Assembly: GCF_009914755.1 (NCBI RefSeq)
Contig: NC_060948.1
Length of the DNA stretch: 64,000 bases
Direction: 5' to 3' (one strand)
DNA from: the human T2T-CHM13v2.0 reference genome, Homo sapiens
Part shown: positions 1-19,524 of the stretch, one piece after another
Layout: every line of letters starts with the position of its first letter
Position numbering within the stretch: the stretch's first letter is position 1
The notes under the pieces: generated by a model
What the model saw: only the letters and a program-made list of their open reading frames with translations
What the model was told of the DNA's origin: nothing
The model's database searches: none
Program-made: the position numbers and the translations under genes

Positions 1-222
1 ACTTCTGCCTCACTGGTCCAAGCGATTGTCCTCCCTCAGCCTCCCAGGTAGCTGGGACTACACCACACTGGGACTACACCAGCTGCCACCATGTCTAGCT
101 AATTTTTTGGATTTTTAGTAGTGACAGCGTTTCACTGTATTGGCCAGGATGGTCTTGATCTCTTCACCTTGTGATCCCCTTGCCTTGGCCTCCAAATTTG
201 CTGGGATTACAGGCCTGAGCCA
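1..222 (-). mobile_element. Alu relic, unit 1 (cut by window edge)
   Basis: Antisense Alu motifs CCTCAGCCTCCCAGGTAGCTGGGACTACA, ATTTTTAGTAG and GCTGGGATTACAGGC-TGAGCCA. Confidence 0.93.
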
Positions 223-790
223 AGATCCATATTTTTTAAATGAAAAAAAATTTCAAAGGTACTCTGCTTGGTACAATAATCAAATGTATAAACTGAGGAA
301 TAAAACATAACCATGAAACCTACTTATAACTGCATATGGAAAATACAGAGGATAATTTTTTAAATAACATATTTTGAAAGCCTTAACTAGTAATTTGAAG
401 AGTTGGCATTTGAAAGGCCAGTATGAATATACCTTCAAAGCAGCAACACAGGTTCCCCATGAGAAAAAGCAAACACAGGGAAAATAAAAACACAAAGGTT
501 CAATCTCTTCTGACCTTTGAAAGACACAGCACAGACAGTGGTCCTTAGGACGAAGAGCAGGAGACCCCTAATTCCGTCACCATGGCGATAGGGCATAAAC
601 ATTGCTGGGTGAGGGCACAATCCACATTGTGAGGTCCAACTGCTGCCAGGAAGACAGGAGTGCTTTTACATAGACCGAAAGGTCATTGAAGGCTCAGAGT
701 TTTGTTTCAAGAACTGAATCCCAAGCCCACACGTTATTAGGCTGCGCTTCTTAAAACAAGTTATGAGATGGGAAAAAGGGCACCCACAAA
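223..790. repeat. HSATI-type moderate-GC segment of the unit (representative copy; recurs once per unit directly after each Alu)
   Basis: A non-Alu, non-simple ~570-bp segment lies between the Alu 5' end and the AT-rich tract and is nearly invariant across 27 copies. The HSATI name comes from the known DYZ2 composition, not from a database search. Boundaries are approximate. Confidence 0.7.
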
Positions 791-2635
<1,845 letters not shown>

Positions 2636-4733
2636 AGATCCATATTTTTTAAATGAAAAAAAATTTCAAAGGTACTCTGCTTGGTACAATAATCAAATGT
2701 ATAAACTGAGGAATAAAACATAACCATGAAACCTACTTATAACTGCATATGGAAAATACAGAGGATAATTTTTTAAATAACATATTTTGAAAGCCTTAAC
2801 TAGTAATTTGAAGAGTTGGCATTTGAAAGGCCAGTATGAATATACCTTCAAAGCAGCAACACAGGTTCCCCATGAGAAAAAGCAAACACAGGGAAAATAA
2901 AAACACAAAGGTTCAATCTCTTCTGACCTTTGAAAGACACAGCACAGACAGTGGTCCTTAGGACGAAGAGCAGGAGACCCCTAATTCCGTCACCATGGCG
3001 ATAGGGCATAAACATTGCTGGGTGAGGGCACAATCCACATTGTGAGGTCCAACTGCTGCCAGGAAGACAGGAGTGCTTTTACATAGACCGAAAGGTCATT
3101 GAAGGCTCAGAGTTTTGTTTCAAGAACTGAATCCCAAGCCCACACGTTATTAGGCTGCGCTTCTTAAAACAAGTTATGAGATGGGAAAAAGGGCACCCAC
3201 AAACATACGTATACATTATGTATATAATAATATACAGTATCATATATATAATATATATAACCTATGTATAATATTGTTTTACATCCTGCATCCTATGTTA
3301 TATATATTGTATAAAATATAATAATTGATAATATATAAGTTTTATAATTATACAATATGACATATAGTATATATTATAATTTATGACATATATAATATAT
3401 GTTATATATCATATATAGAATATATTATACGGTTAATATACGTATTAAATATAAATTATACATTATATATATTATATATAATATATCTGTTATATATAAT
3501 ACCCATTATGCATAATATATATATTATGTCTATGTTATATATAGTATAAAACAACATATAATAATATATAACTGTATATATAAAATGCGACATATAATAT
3601 ATATTATATTTTATAACATATGTAATATGTATTATATATAATATGTTGTATGTATAATACCTATATTAAATATATATTATATGACTATGTTATTAATTAC
3701 ATGTCACATGTGTTATATATTATATATTTTACATAGAATATACCGGTTACATACAATATATACTATGTTACCTATAATGTATAATTTATTACATGTAAAA
3801 TAAAGAATGCAATATATTATGTAAAATTTATAATATACAATATGTGGAATGTGATATATATAACATATAATATATGATATATGATATACAGTATATGATA
3901 TATAACATACAATATATGATTCCTAATATATATGGTATACAATATATATTTTATGATATGTATTCTATATGTTTTATATTCTGTTATATATAACTATTTG
4001 AAATTATATATAACTGTATAATATTTTACGTAAATATGTAATATAATATATATAACTATATAATATATTATATATAACTATATATTATGTTATATATACT
4101 TTTATAACATAATTTACATAAAATATCATAATATAATATATATTATATTATTTCATATTACATAATATATATTACATATCACCCAATATAACTAACATAC
4201 ATAATATTATAATATAGATTATATTGTGTTATATTAAATATCATATATATCATGTATCATATATTCTATAATATATATTACACATTATATAATATGTATG
4301 TTGTCTATTATGTGATATATATAACTATATATATAATTATATTTTTATACATATAACTAGATAAACATGTAATTCTACATATTTTCATTTATAATATGTA
4401 GAATTATATAATCATATATAATTATTTATATTCTATAAAAAATTTTATCATTATATAAATTATAATATATAAAAATTATAATATGTACTACAAATATATA
4501 TATTATATATCATATATGATATAGTACCTTTGTTATATATCATAATACATATAAATGTGTATTATGTTATCTATAATTATATAATTTCATATATAAGATG
4601 TATAATATGTATCATATATTATATATGTTATGTAATATATATAGTATATATAAGATGACACAGGATAAATATTATATACTATGACATATTAAATATATGA
4701 GGTTATATGTTACATATAAGGCATAGCACATAA

Positions 4734-5048
<315 letters not shown>

Positions 5049-7146
5049 AGATCCATATTTTTTAAATGAAAAAAAATTTCAAAGGTACTCTGCTTGGTAC
5101 AATAATCGAATGTATAAACTGAGGAATAAAACATAACCATGAAACCTACTTATAACTGCATATGGAAAATACAGAGGATAATTTTTTAAATAACATATTT
5201 TGAAAGCCTTAACTAGTAATTTGAAGAGTTGGCATTTGAAAGGCCAGTATGAATATACCTTCAAAGCAGCAACACAGGTTCCCCATGAGAAAAAGCAAAC
5301 ACAGGGAAAATAAAAACACAAAGGTTCAATCTCTTCTGACCTTTGAAAGACACAGCACAGACAGTGGTCCTTAGGACGAAGAGCAGGAGACCCCTAATTC
5401 CGTCACCATGGCGATAGGGCATAAACATTGCTGGGTGAGGGCACAATCCACATTGTGAGGTCCAACTGCTGCCAGGAAGACAGGAGTGCTTTTACATAGA
5501 CCGAAAGGTCATTGAAGGCTCAGAGTTTTGTTTCAAGAACTGAATCCCAAGCCCACACGTTATTAGGCTGCGCTTCTTAAAACAAGTGATGAGATGGGAA
5601 AAAGGGCACCCACAAACATACGTATACATTATGTATATAATAATATACAGTATCATATATATAATATATATAACCTATGTATAATATTGTTTTACATCCT
5701 GCATCTTATGTTATATATATTGTATAAAATATAATAATTGATAATATATAAGTTTTATAATTATACAATATGACATATAGTATATATTATAATTTATGAC
5801 ATATATAATATATGTTATATATCATATATAGAATATATTATACGGTTAATATACGTATTAAATATAAATTATACATTATATATATTATATATAATATATC
5901 TGTTATATATAATACCCATTATGCATAATATATATATTATGTCTATGTTATATATAGTATAAAACAACATATAATAATATATAATTGTATATATAAAATG
6001 CGACATATAATATATATTATATTTTATAACATATGTAATATATATTATATATAATACGTTGTATGTATAATACCTATATTAAATATATATTATATGACTA
6101 TGTTATTAATTACATGTCACATGTGTTATATATTATATATTTTACATAGAATATACCGGTTACATACAATATATACTATGTTACCTATAATGTATAATTT
6201 ATTACAAGTAAAATAAAGAATGCAATATATTATGTATAATTTATAATATACCATATGTGGAATGTGATATATATAACATATAATATATGATATATGATAT
6301 ACAGTATATGATATATAACATACAATATATGATTCCTAATATATATGGTATACAATATATATTTTATGATATGTATTCTATATGTTTTATATTCTGTTAT
6401 ATATAACTATTTGAAATTATATATAACTGTATAATATTTTATGTAAATATGTAATATAATATATATAACTATATAATATATTATATATAACTATATATTA
6501 TGTTATATATACTTTTATAACATAATTTACATAAAATATCATAATATAATATATATTATATTATTTCATATTACATAATATATATTACATATCACCTAAT
6601 ATAACTAACATACATAATATTATAATATAGATTATATTGTGTTATATTAAATATCATATATATCATGTATCATATATTCTATAATATATATTACACATTA
6701 TATAATATGTATGTTGTCTATTATGTGATATATATAACTATATATATAATTATATTTTTATACATATAACTAGATAAACATGTAATTCTACATATTTTCA
6801 TTTATAATATGTAGAATTATATAATCATATATAATTATTTATATTCTATAAAAAATTTTACCATTATATAAATTATAATATATAAAAATTATAATATGTA
6901 CTACAAATATATATATTATATATCATATATGATATAGTACCTTTGTTATATATCATAATACATATAAATGTGTATTATGTTATCTATAATTATATAATTT
7001 CATATATAAGATGTATAATATGTATCATATATTATAGATGTTATGTAATATATATAGTATATATAAGATGACACAGGATAAATATTATATACTATGACAT
7101 ATAAAATATATGAGGTTATATGTTACATATAAGGCATAGCACATAA

Positions 7147-7461
<315 letters not shown>

Positions 7462-9582
7462 AGATCCATATTTTTTAAATGAAAAAAAATTTCAAAGGTA
7501 CTCTGCTTGGTACAATAATCAAATGTATAAACTGAGGAATAAAACATAACCATGAAACCTACTTATAACTGCATATGGAAAATACAGAGGATAATTTTTT
7601 AAATAACATATTTTGAAAGCCTTAACTAGTAATTTGAAGAGTTGGCATTTGAAAGGCCAGTATGAATATACCTTCAAAGCAGCAACACAGGTTCCCCATG
7701 AGAAAAAGCAAACACAGGGAAAATAAAAACACAAAGGTTCAATCTCTTCTGACCTTTGAAAGACACAGCACAGACAGTGGTCCTTAGGACGAAGAGCAGG
7801 AGACCCCTAATTCCGTCACCATGGCGATAGGGCATAAACATTGCTGGGTGAGGGCACAATCCACATTGTGAGGTCCAACTGCTGCCAGGAAGACAGGAGT
7901 GCTTTTACATAGACCGAAAGGTCATTGAAGGCTCAGAGTTTTGTTTCAAGAACTGAATCCCAAGCCCACACGTTATTAGGCTGCGCTTCTTAAAACAAGT
8001 TATGAGATGGGAAAAAGGGCACCCACAAACATACGTATACATTATGTATATAATAATATACAGTATCATATATATAATATATATAACCTATGTATAATAT
8101 TGTTTTACATCCTGCATCTTATGTTATATATATTGTATAAAATATAATAATTGATAATATATAAGTTTTATAATTATACAATATGACATATAGTATATAT
8201 TATAATTTATGACATATATAATATATGTTATATATCATATATAGAATATATTATACGGTTAATATACGTATTAAATATAAATTATACATTATATATATTA
8301 TATATAATATATCTGTTATATATAATACCCATTATGCATAATATATATATTATGTCTATGTTATATATAGTATAAAACAACATATAATAATATATAATTG
8401 TATATATAAAATGCGACATATAATATATATTATATTTTATAACATATGTAATATATATTATATATAATACGTTGTATGTATAATACCTATATTAAATATA
8501 TATTATATGACTATGTTATTAATTACATGTCACATGTGTTATATATTATATATTTTACATAGAATATACCGGTTACATACAATATATACTATGTTACCTA
8601 TAATGTATAATTTATTACATGTAAAATAAAGAATGCAATATATTATGTAAAATTTATAATATACAATATGTGGAATGTGATATATATAACATATAATATA
8701 TGATATATGATATACAGTATATGATATATAACATACAATATATGATTCCTAATATATATCGTATACAATATATATTTTATGATATGTATTCTATGTGTTT
8801 TATATTCTGTTATATTTAACTATTTGAAATTATATATAACTGTATAATATTTTATGTAAATATGTAATATAATATATATAACTATATAATATATTATATA
8901 TAACTATATATTATGTTATATATACTTTTATAACATAATTTACATAAAATATCATAATATAATATATATTATATTATTTCATATTACATAATATATATTA
9001 CATATCACCCAATATAACTAACATACATAATATTATAATATAGATTATATTGTGTTATATTAAATATCATATATATCATGTATCATATATTCTATAATAT
9101 ATATTACACATTATATAATATGTATGTTGTCTATTATGTGATATATATAACTATATATATAATTATATTTTTATACATATAACTAGATAAACATGTAATT
9201 CTACATATTTTCATTTATAATATGTAGAATTATATAATCATATATAATTATTTATATTCTATAAAAAATCTTATCATTATATAAATTATAATATATAAAA
9301 ATTATAATATGTACTACAAATATATATATTTTATATCATATATGATATAGTACCTTTGTTATATATCATAATACATATAAATGTGTATTATGTTATCTAT
9401 AATTATATAATTTCATATATAAGATGTATAATATGTATCATATATTATATATGTTATGTAATATATATAGTATATATAAGATGACACAGGATAAATATTA
9501 TATACTATGACATATTAAATATATGAGGTTATATGTTACATATAAGGCATAGCACATAACATGTAATATATATCATATATAA

Positions 9583-9874
9583 TTTTTATTTAGACAGAAT
9601 CTTGTCCTGTTGCACAGGGTGGGGTACAATGGCGCCATCTTTGCTCACTGCAACTTCTGCCTCACGGGTCCAAGCGATTGTCCTCCCTCAGCCTCCCAGT
9701 TAGCTGGGACTACACCACACTGGGACTACATCAGCTGCCACCATGCCTAGCTAATTTTTTGGATTTTTAGTAGTGACAGCGTTTCACTGTATTGGCCAGG
9801 ATGGTCTTGATCTCTTCACCTTGTGATCCCCTTGCCTTGGCCTCCAAATTTGCTGGGATTACAGGCCTGAGCCA
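9583..9874 (-). mobile_element. Alu relic, unit 5
   Basis: Near-identical copy of 2344-2635. Confidence 0.95.
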
Positions 9875-11970
9875 AGATCCATATTTTTTAAATGAAAAAA
9901 AATTTCAAAGGTACTCTGCTTGGTACAATAATCAAATGTATAAACTGAGGAATAAAACATAACCATGAAACCTACTTATAACTGCATATGGAAAATACAG
10001 AGGATAATTTTTTAAATAACATATTTTGAAAGCCTTAACTAGTAATTTGAAGAGTTGGCATTTGAAAGGCCAGTATGAATATACCTTCAAAGCAGCAACA
10101 CAGGTTCCCCATGAGAAAAAGCAAACACAGGGAAAATAAAAACACAAAGGTTCAATCTCTTCTGACCTTTGAAAGACACAGCACAGACAGTGGTCCTTAG
10201 GACGAAGAGCAGGAGACCCCTAATTCCGTCACCATGGCGATAGGGCATAAACATTGCTGGGTGAGGGCACAATCCACATTGTGAGGTCCAACTGCTGCCA
10301 GGAAGACAGGAGTGCTTTTACATAGACCGAAAGGTCATTGAAGGCTCAGAGTTTTGTTTCAAGAACTGAATCCCAAGCCCACACGTTATTAGGCTGCGCT
10401 TCTTAAAACAAGTTATGAGATGGGAAAAAGGGCACCCACAAACATACGTATACATTATGTATATAATAATATACTGTATCATATATATAATATATATAAC
10501 CTATGTATAATATTGTTTTACATCCTGCATCTTATGTTATATATATTGTATAAAATATAATAATTGATAATATATAAGTTTTATAATTATACAATATGAC
10601 ATATAGTATATATTATAATTTATGACATATATAATATATGTTATATATCATATATAGAATATATTATACGGTTAATATACGTATTAAATATAAATTATAC
10701 ATTATATATATTATATATAATATATCTGTTATATATAATACCCATTATGCATAATATATATATTATGTCTATGTTATATATAGTATAAAACAACATATAA
10801 TAATATATAATTGTATATATAAAATGCGACATATAATATATATTATATTTTATAACATATGTAATATATGTTATATATAATACGTTGTATGTATAATACC
10901 TATATTAAATATATATTATATGACTATGTTATTAATTACATGTCACATGTGTTATATATTATATATTTTACATAGAATATACCGGTTACATACAATATAT
11001 ACTATGTTACCTATAATGTATAATTTATTACAAGTAAAATAAAGAATGCAATATATTATGTATAATTTATAATATACCATATGTGGAATGTGATATATAT
11101 AACATATAATATATGATATATGATATACAGTATATGATATATAACATACAATATATGATTCCTAATATATATGGTATACAATATATATTTTATGATATGT
11201 ATTCTATATGTTTTATATTCTGTTATATATAACTATTTGAAATTATATATAACTGTATAATATTTTATGTAAATATGTAATATAATATATATAACTATAT
11301 AATATATTATATATAACTATATATTATGTTATATATACTTTTATAACATAATTTACATAAAATATCATAATATAATATATATTATATTATTTCATATTAC
11401 ATAATATATATTACATATCACCCAATATAACTAACATACATAATATTATAATATAGATTATATTGTGTTATATTAAATATCATATATATCATGTATCATA
11501 TATTCTATAATATATATTACACATTATATAATATGTATGTTGTCTATTATGTGATATATATAACTATATATAATTATATTTTTATACATATAACTAGATA
11601 AACATGTAATTCTACATATTTTCATTTATAATATGTAGAATTATATAATCATATATAATTATTTATATTCTATAAAAAATTTTATCATTATATAAATTAT
11701 AATATATAAAAATTATAATATGTACTACAAATATATATATTATATATCATATATGATATAGTACCTTTGTTATATATCATAATACATATAAATGTGTATT
11801 ATGTTATCTATAATTATATAATTTCATATATAAGATGTATAATATGTATCATATATTATAGATGTTATGTAATATATATAGTATATATAAGATGACACAG
11901 GATAAATATTATATACTATGACATATAAAATATATGAGGTTATATGTTACATATAAGGCATAGCACATAA

Positions 11971-12285
<315 letters not shown>

Positions 12286-14383
12286 AGATCCATATTTTTT
12301 AAATGAAAAAAAATTTCAAAGGTACTCTGCTTGGTACAATAATCAAATGTATAAACTGAGGAATAAAACATAACCATGAAACCTACTTATAACTGCATAT
12401 GGAAAATACAGAGGATAATTTTTTAAATAACATATTTTGAAAGCCTTAACTAGTAATTTGAAGAGTTGGCATTTGAAAGGCCAGTATGAATATACCTTCA
12501 AAGCAGCAACACAGGTTCCCCATGAGAAAAAGCAAACACAGGGAAAATAAAAACACAAAGGTTCAATCTCTTCTGACCTTTGAAAGACACAGCACAGACA
12601 GTGGTCCTTAGGACGAAGAGCAGGAGACCCCTAATTCCGTCACCATGGCGATAGGGCATAAACATTGCTGGGTGAGGGCACAATCCACATTGTGAGGTCC
12701 AACTGCTGCCAGGAAGACAGGAGTGCTTTTACATAGACCGAAAGGTCATTGAAGGCTCAGAGTTTTGTTTCAAGAACTGAATCCCAAGCCCACACGTTAT
12801 TAGGCTGCGCTTCTTAAAACAAGTTATGAGATGGGAAAAAGGGCACCCACAAACATACGTATACATTATGTATATAATAATATACAGTATCATATATATA
12901 ATATATATAACCTATGTATAATATTGTTTTACATCCTGCATCTTATGTTATATATATTGTATAAAATATAATAATTGATAATATATAAGTTTTATAATTA
13001 TACAATATGACATATAGTATATATTATAATTTATGACATATATAATATATGTTATATGTCATATATAGAATATATTATACGGTTAATATACGTATTAAAT
13101 ATAAATTATACATTATATATATTATATATAATATATCTGTTATATATAATACCCATTATGCATAATATATATATTATGTCTATGTTATATATAGTACAAA
13201 ACAACATATAATAATATATAATTGTATATATAAAATGCGACATATAATATATATTATATTTTATAACATATGTAATATATATTATATATAATACGTTGTA
13301 TGTATAATACCTATATTAAATATATATTATATGACTATGTTATTAATTACATGTCACATGTGTTATATATTATATATTTTACATAGAATATACCGGTTAC
13401 ATACAATATATACAATGTTACCTATAATGTATAATTTATTACATGTAAAATAAAGAATGCAATATATTATGTAAAATTTATAATATACAATATGTGGAAT
13501 GTGATATATATAACATATAATATATGATATATGATATACAGTATATGATATATAACATACAATATATGATTCCTAATATATATGGTATACAATATATATT
13601 TTATGATATGTATTCTATATGTTTTATATTCTGTTATATTTAACTATTTGAAATTATATATAACTGTATAATATTTTATGTAAATATGTAATATAATATA
13701 TATAACTATATAATATATTATATATAACTATATATTATGTTATATATACTTTTATAACATAATTTACATAAAATATCATAATATAATATATATTATATTA
13801 TTTCATATTACATAATATATATTACATATCACCCAATATAACTAACATACATAATATTATAATGTAGATTATATTGTGTTATATTAAATGTCATATATAT
13901 CATGTATCATATATTCTATAATATATATTACACATTATATAATATGTATGTTGTCTATTATGTGATATATATAACTATATATATAATTATATTTTTATAC
14001 ATATAACTAGATAAACATGTAATTCTACATATTTTCATTTATAATATGTAGAATTATATAATCATATATAATTATTTATATTCTATAAAAAATTTTATCA
14101 TTATATAAATTATAATATATAAAAATTATAATATGTACTACAAATATATATATTATATATCATATATGATATAGTACCTTTGTTATATATCATAATACAT
14201 ATAAATGTGTATTATGTTATCTATAATTATATAATTTCATATATAAGATGTATAATATGTATCATATATTATATATGTTATGTAATATATATAGTATATA
14301 TAAGATGACACAGGATAAATATTATATACTATGACATATAAAATATATGAGGTTATATGTTACATATAAGGCATAGCACATAA

Positions 14384-14698
<315 letters not shown>

Positions 14699-16819
14699 AG
14701 ATCCATATTTTTTAAATGAAAAAAAATTTCAAAGGTACTCTGCTTGGTACAATAATCAAATGTATAAACTGAGGAATAAAACATAACCATGAAACCTACT
14801 TATAACTGCATATGGAAAATACAGAGGATAATTTTTTAAATAACATATTTTGAAAGCCTTAACTAGTAATTTGAAGAGTTGGCATTTGAAAGGCCAGTAT
14901 GAATATACCTTCAAAGCAGCAACACAGGTTCCCCATGAGAAAAAGCAAACACAGGGAAAATAAAAACACAAAGGTTCAATCTCTTCTGACCTTTGAAAGA
15001 CACAGCACAGACAGTGGTCCTTAGGACGAAGAGCAGGAGACCCCTAATTCCGTCACCATGGCGATAGGGCATAAACATTGCTGGGTGAGGGCACAATCCA
15101 CATTGTGAGGTCCAACTGCTGCCAGGAAGACAGGAGTGCTTTTACATAGACCGAAAGGTCATTGAAGGCTCAGAGTTTTGTTTCAAGAACTGAATCCCAA
15201 GCCCACACGTTATTAGGCTGCGCTTCTTAAAACAAGTTATGAGATGGGAAAAAGGGCACCCACAAACATACGTATACATTATGTATATAATAATATACAG
15301 TATCATATATATAATATATATAACCTATGTATAATATTGTTTTACATCCTGCATCCTATGTTATATATATTGTATAAAATATAATAATTGATAATATATA
15401 AGTTTTATAATTATACAATATGACATATAGTATATATTATAATTTATGACATATATAATATATGTTATATATCATATATAGAATATATTATACGGTTAAT
15501 ATACGTATTAAATATAAATTATACATTATATATATTATATATAATATATCTGTTATATATAATACCCATTATGCATAATATATATATTATGTCTATGTTA
15601 TATATAGTATAAAACAACATATAGTAATATATAATTGTATATATAAAATGCGACATATAATATATATTATATTTTATAACATATGTAATATATATTATAT
15701 ATAATACGTTGTATGTATAATACCTATATTAAATATATATTATATGACTATGTTATTAATTACATGTCACATGTGTTATATATTATATATTTTACATAGA
15801 ATATACCGGTTACATACAATATATACTATGTTACCTATAATGTATAATTTATTACAAGTAAAATAAAGAATGCAATATATTATGTATAATTTATAATATA
15901 CCATATGTGGAATGTGATATATATAACATATAATATATGATATATGATATACAGTATATGATATATAACATACAATATATGATTCCTAATATATATGGTA
16001 TACAATATATATTTTATGATATGTATTCTATATGTTTTATATTCTGTTATATATAACTATTTGAAATTATATATAACTGTATAATATTTTATGTAAATAT
16101 GTAATATAATATATATAACTATATAATATATTATATATAACTATATATTATGTTATATATACTTTTATAACATAATTTACATAAAATAGCATAATATAAT
16201 ATATATTATATTATTTCATATTACATAATATATATTACATATCACCCAATATAACTAACATACATAATATTATAATATAGATTATATTGTGTTATATTAA
16301 ATATCATATATATCATGTATCATATATTCTATAATATATATTACACATTATATAATATGTATGTTGTCTATTATGTGATATATATAACTATATATATAAT
16401 TATATTTTTATACATATAACTAGATAAACATGTAATTCTACATATTTTCATTTATAATATGTAGAATTATATAATCATATATAATTATTTATATTCTATA
16501 AAAAATTTTATCATTATATAAATTATAATATATAAAAATTATAATATGTACTACAAATATATATATTATATATCATATATGATATAGTACCTTTGTTATA
16601 TATCATAATACATATAAATGTGTATTATGTTATCTATAATTATATAATTTCATATATAAGATGTATAATATGTATCATATATTATATATGTTATGTAATA
16701 TATATAGTATATATAAGATGACACAGGATAAATATTATATACTATGACATATAAAATATATGAGGTTATATGTTACATATAAGGCATAGCACATAACATG
16801 TAATATATATCATATATAA

Positions 16820-17111
16820 TTGTTTTTTAGACAGAATCTTGTCCTGTTGCACAGGGTGCGGTACAATGGCGCCATCTTTGCTCACTGCAACTTCTGCCTC
16901 ACGGGTCCAAGCGATTGTCCTCCCTCAGCCTCCCAGGTAGCTGGGACTACACCACACTGGGACTACACCAGCTGCCACCATGCCTAGCTAATTTTTTGGA
17001 TTTTTAGTAGTGACAGCGTTTCACTGTATTGGCCAGGATGGTCTTGATCTCTTCACCTTGTGATCCCCTTGCCTTGGCCTCCAAATTTGCTGGGATTACA
17101 GGCCTGAGCCA
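16820..17111 (-). mobile_element. Alu relic, unit 8
   Basis: Near-identical copy of 2344-2635. Confidence 0.95.
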
Positions 17112-19209
17112 AGATCCATATTTTTTAAATGAAAAAAAATTTCAAAGGTACTCTGCTTGGTACAATAATCAAATGTATAAACTGAGGAATAAAACATAAC
17201 CATGAAACCTACTTATAACTGCATATGGAAAATACAGAGGATAATTTTTTAAATAACATATTTTGAAAGCCTTAACTAGTAATTTGAAGAGTTGGCATTT
17301 GAAAGGCCAGTATGAATATACCTTCAAAGCAGCAACACAGGTTCCCCATGAGAAAAAGCAAACACAGGGAAAATAAAAACACAAAGGTTCAATCTCTTCT
17401 GACCTTTGAAAGACACAGCACAGACAGTGGTCCTTAGGACGAAGAGCAGGAGACCCCTAATTCCGTCACCATGGCGATAGGGCATAAACATTGCTGGGTG
17501 AGGGCACAATCCACATTGTGAGGTCCAACTGCTGCCAGGAAGACAGGAGTGCTTTTACATAGACCGAAAGGTCATTGAAGGCTCAGAGTTTTGTTTCAAG
17601 AACTGAATCCCAAGCCCACACGTTATTAGGCTGCGCTTCTTAAAACAAGTTATGAGATGGGAAAAAGGGCACCCACAAACATACGTATACATTATGTATA
17701 TAATAATATACAGTATCATATATATAATATATATAACCTATGTATAATATTGTTTTACATCCTGCATCCTATGTTATATATATTGTATAAAATATAATAA
17801 TTGATAATATATAAGTTTTATAATTATACAATATGACATATAGTATATATTATAATTTATGACATATATAATATATGTTATATATCATATATAGAATATA
17901 TTATACGGTTAATATACGTATTAAATATAAATTATACATTATATATATTATATATAATATATCTGTTATATATAATACCCATTATGCATAATATATATAT
18001 TATGTCTATGTTATATATAGTATAAAACAACATATAATAATATATAATTGTATATATAAAATGCGACATATAATATATATTATATTTTATAACATATGTA
18101 ATATATATTATATATAATACGTTGTATGTATAATACCTGTATTAAATATATATTATATGACTATGTTATTAATTACATGTCACATGTGTTATATATTATA
18201 TATTTTACATAGAATATACCGGTTACATACAATATATACTATGTTACCTATAATGTATAATTTATTACAAGTAAAATAAAGAATGCAATATATTATGTAT
18301 AATTTATAATATACCATATGTGGAATGTGATATATATAACATATAATATATGATATATGATATACAGTATATGATATATAACATACAATATATGATTCCT
18401 AATATATATGGTATACAATATATATTTTATGATATGTATTCTATATGTTTTATATTCTGTTATATATAACTATTTGAAATTATATATAACTGTATAATAT
18501 TTTATGTAAATATGTAATATAATATATATAACTATATAATATATTATATATAACTATATATTATGTTATATATACTTTTATAACATAATTTACATAAAAT
18601 ATCATAATATAATATATATTATATTATTTCATATTACATAATATATATTACATATCACCCAATATAACTAACATACATAATATTATAATATAGATTATAT
18701 TGTGTTATATTAAATATCATATATATCATGTATCATATATTCTATAATATATATTACACATTATATAATATGTATGTTGTCTATTATGTGATATATATAA
18801 CTATATATATAATTATATTTTTATACATATAACTAGATAAACATGTAATTCTACATATTTTCATTTATAATATGTAGAATTATATAATCATATATAATTA
18901 TTTATATTCTATAAAAAATTTTATCATTATATAAATTATAATATATAAAAATTATAATATGTACTACAAATATATATATTATATATCATATATGATATAG
19001 TACCTTTGTTATATATCATAATACATATAAATGTGTATTATGTTATCTATAATTATATAATTTCATATATAAGATGTATAATATGTATCATATATTATAT
19101 ATGTTATGTAATATATATAGTATATATAAGATGACACAGGATAAATATTATATACTATGACATATAAAATATATGAGGTTATATGTTACATATAAGGCAT
19201 AGCACATAA

Positions 19210-19524
<315 letters not shown>

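Noticed and set aside
280-620. Overlapping 71-aa and 61-aa minus-strand ORFs repeated in all 27 units
   Set aside because: They are short and overlap in different frames, several begin at non-ATG codons, their F/Y/L/C-rich composition reflects the base bias, and they have no recognisable domain. Their identity across copies simply follows the DNA homogeneity of the satellite.
5079-5321. 80-aa extended ORF variant in unit 3
   Set aside because: A private substitution (ATCGAA) removes the stop; there is no evidence of function.
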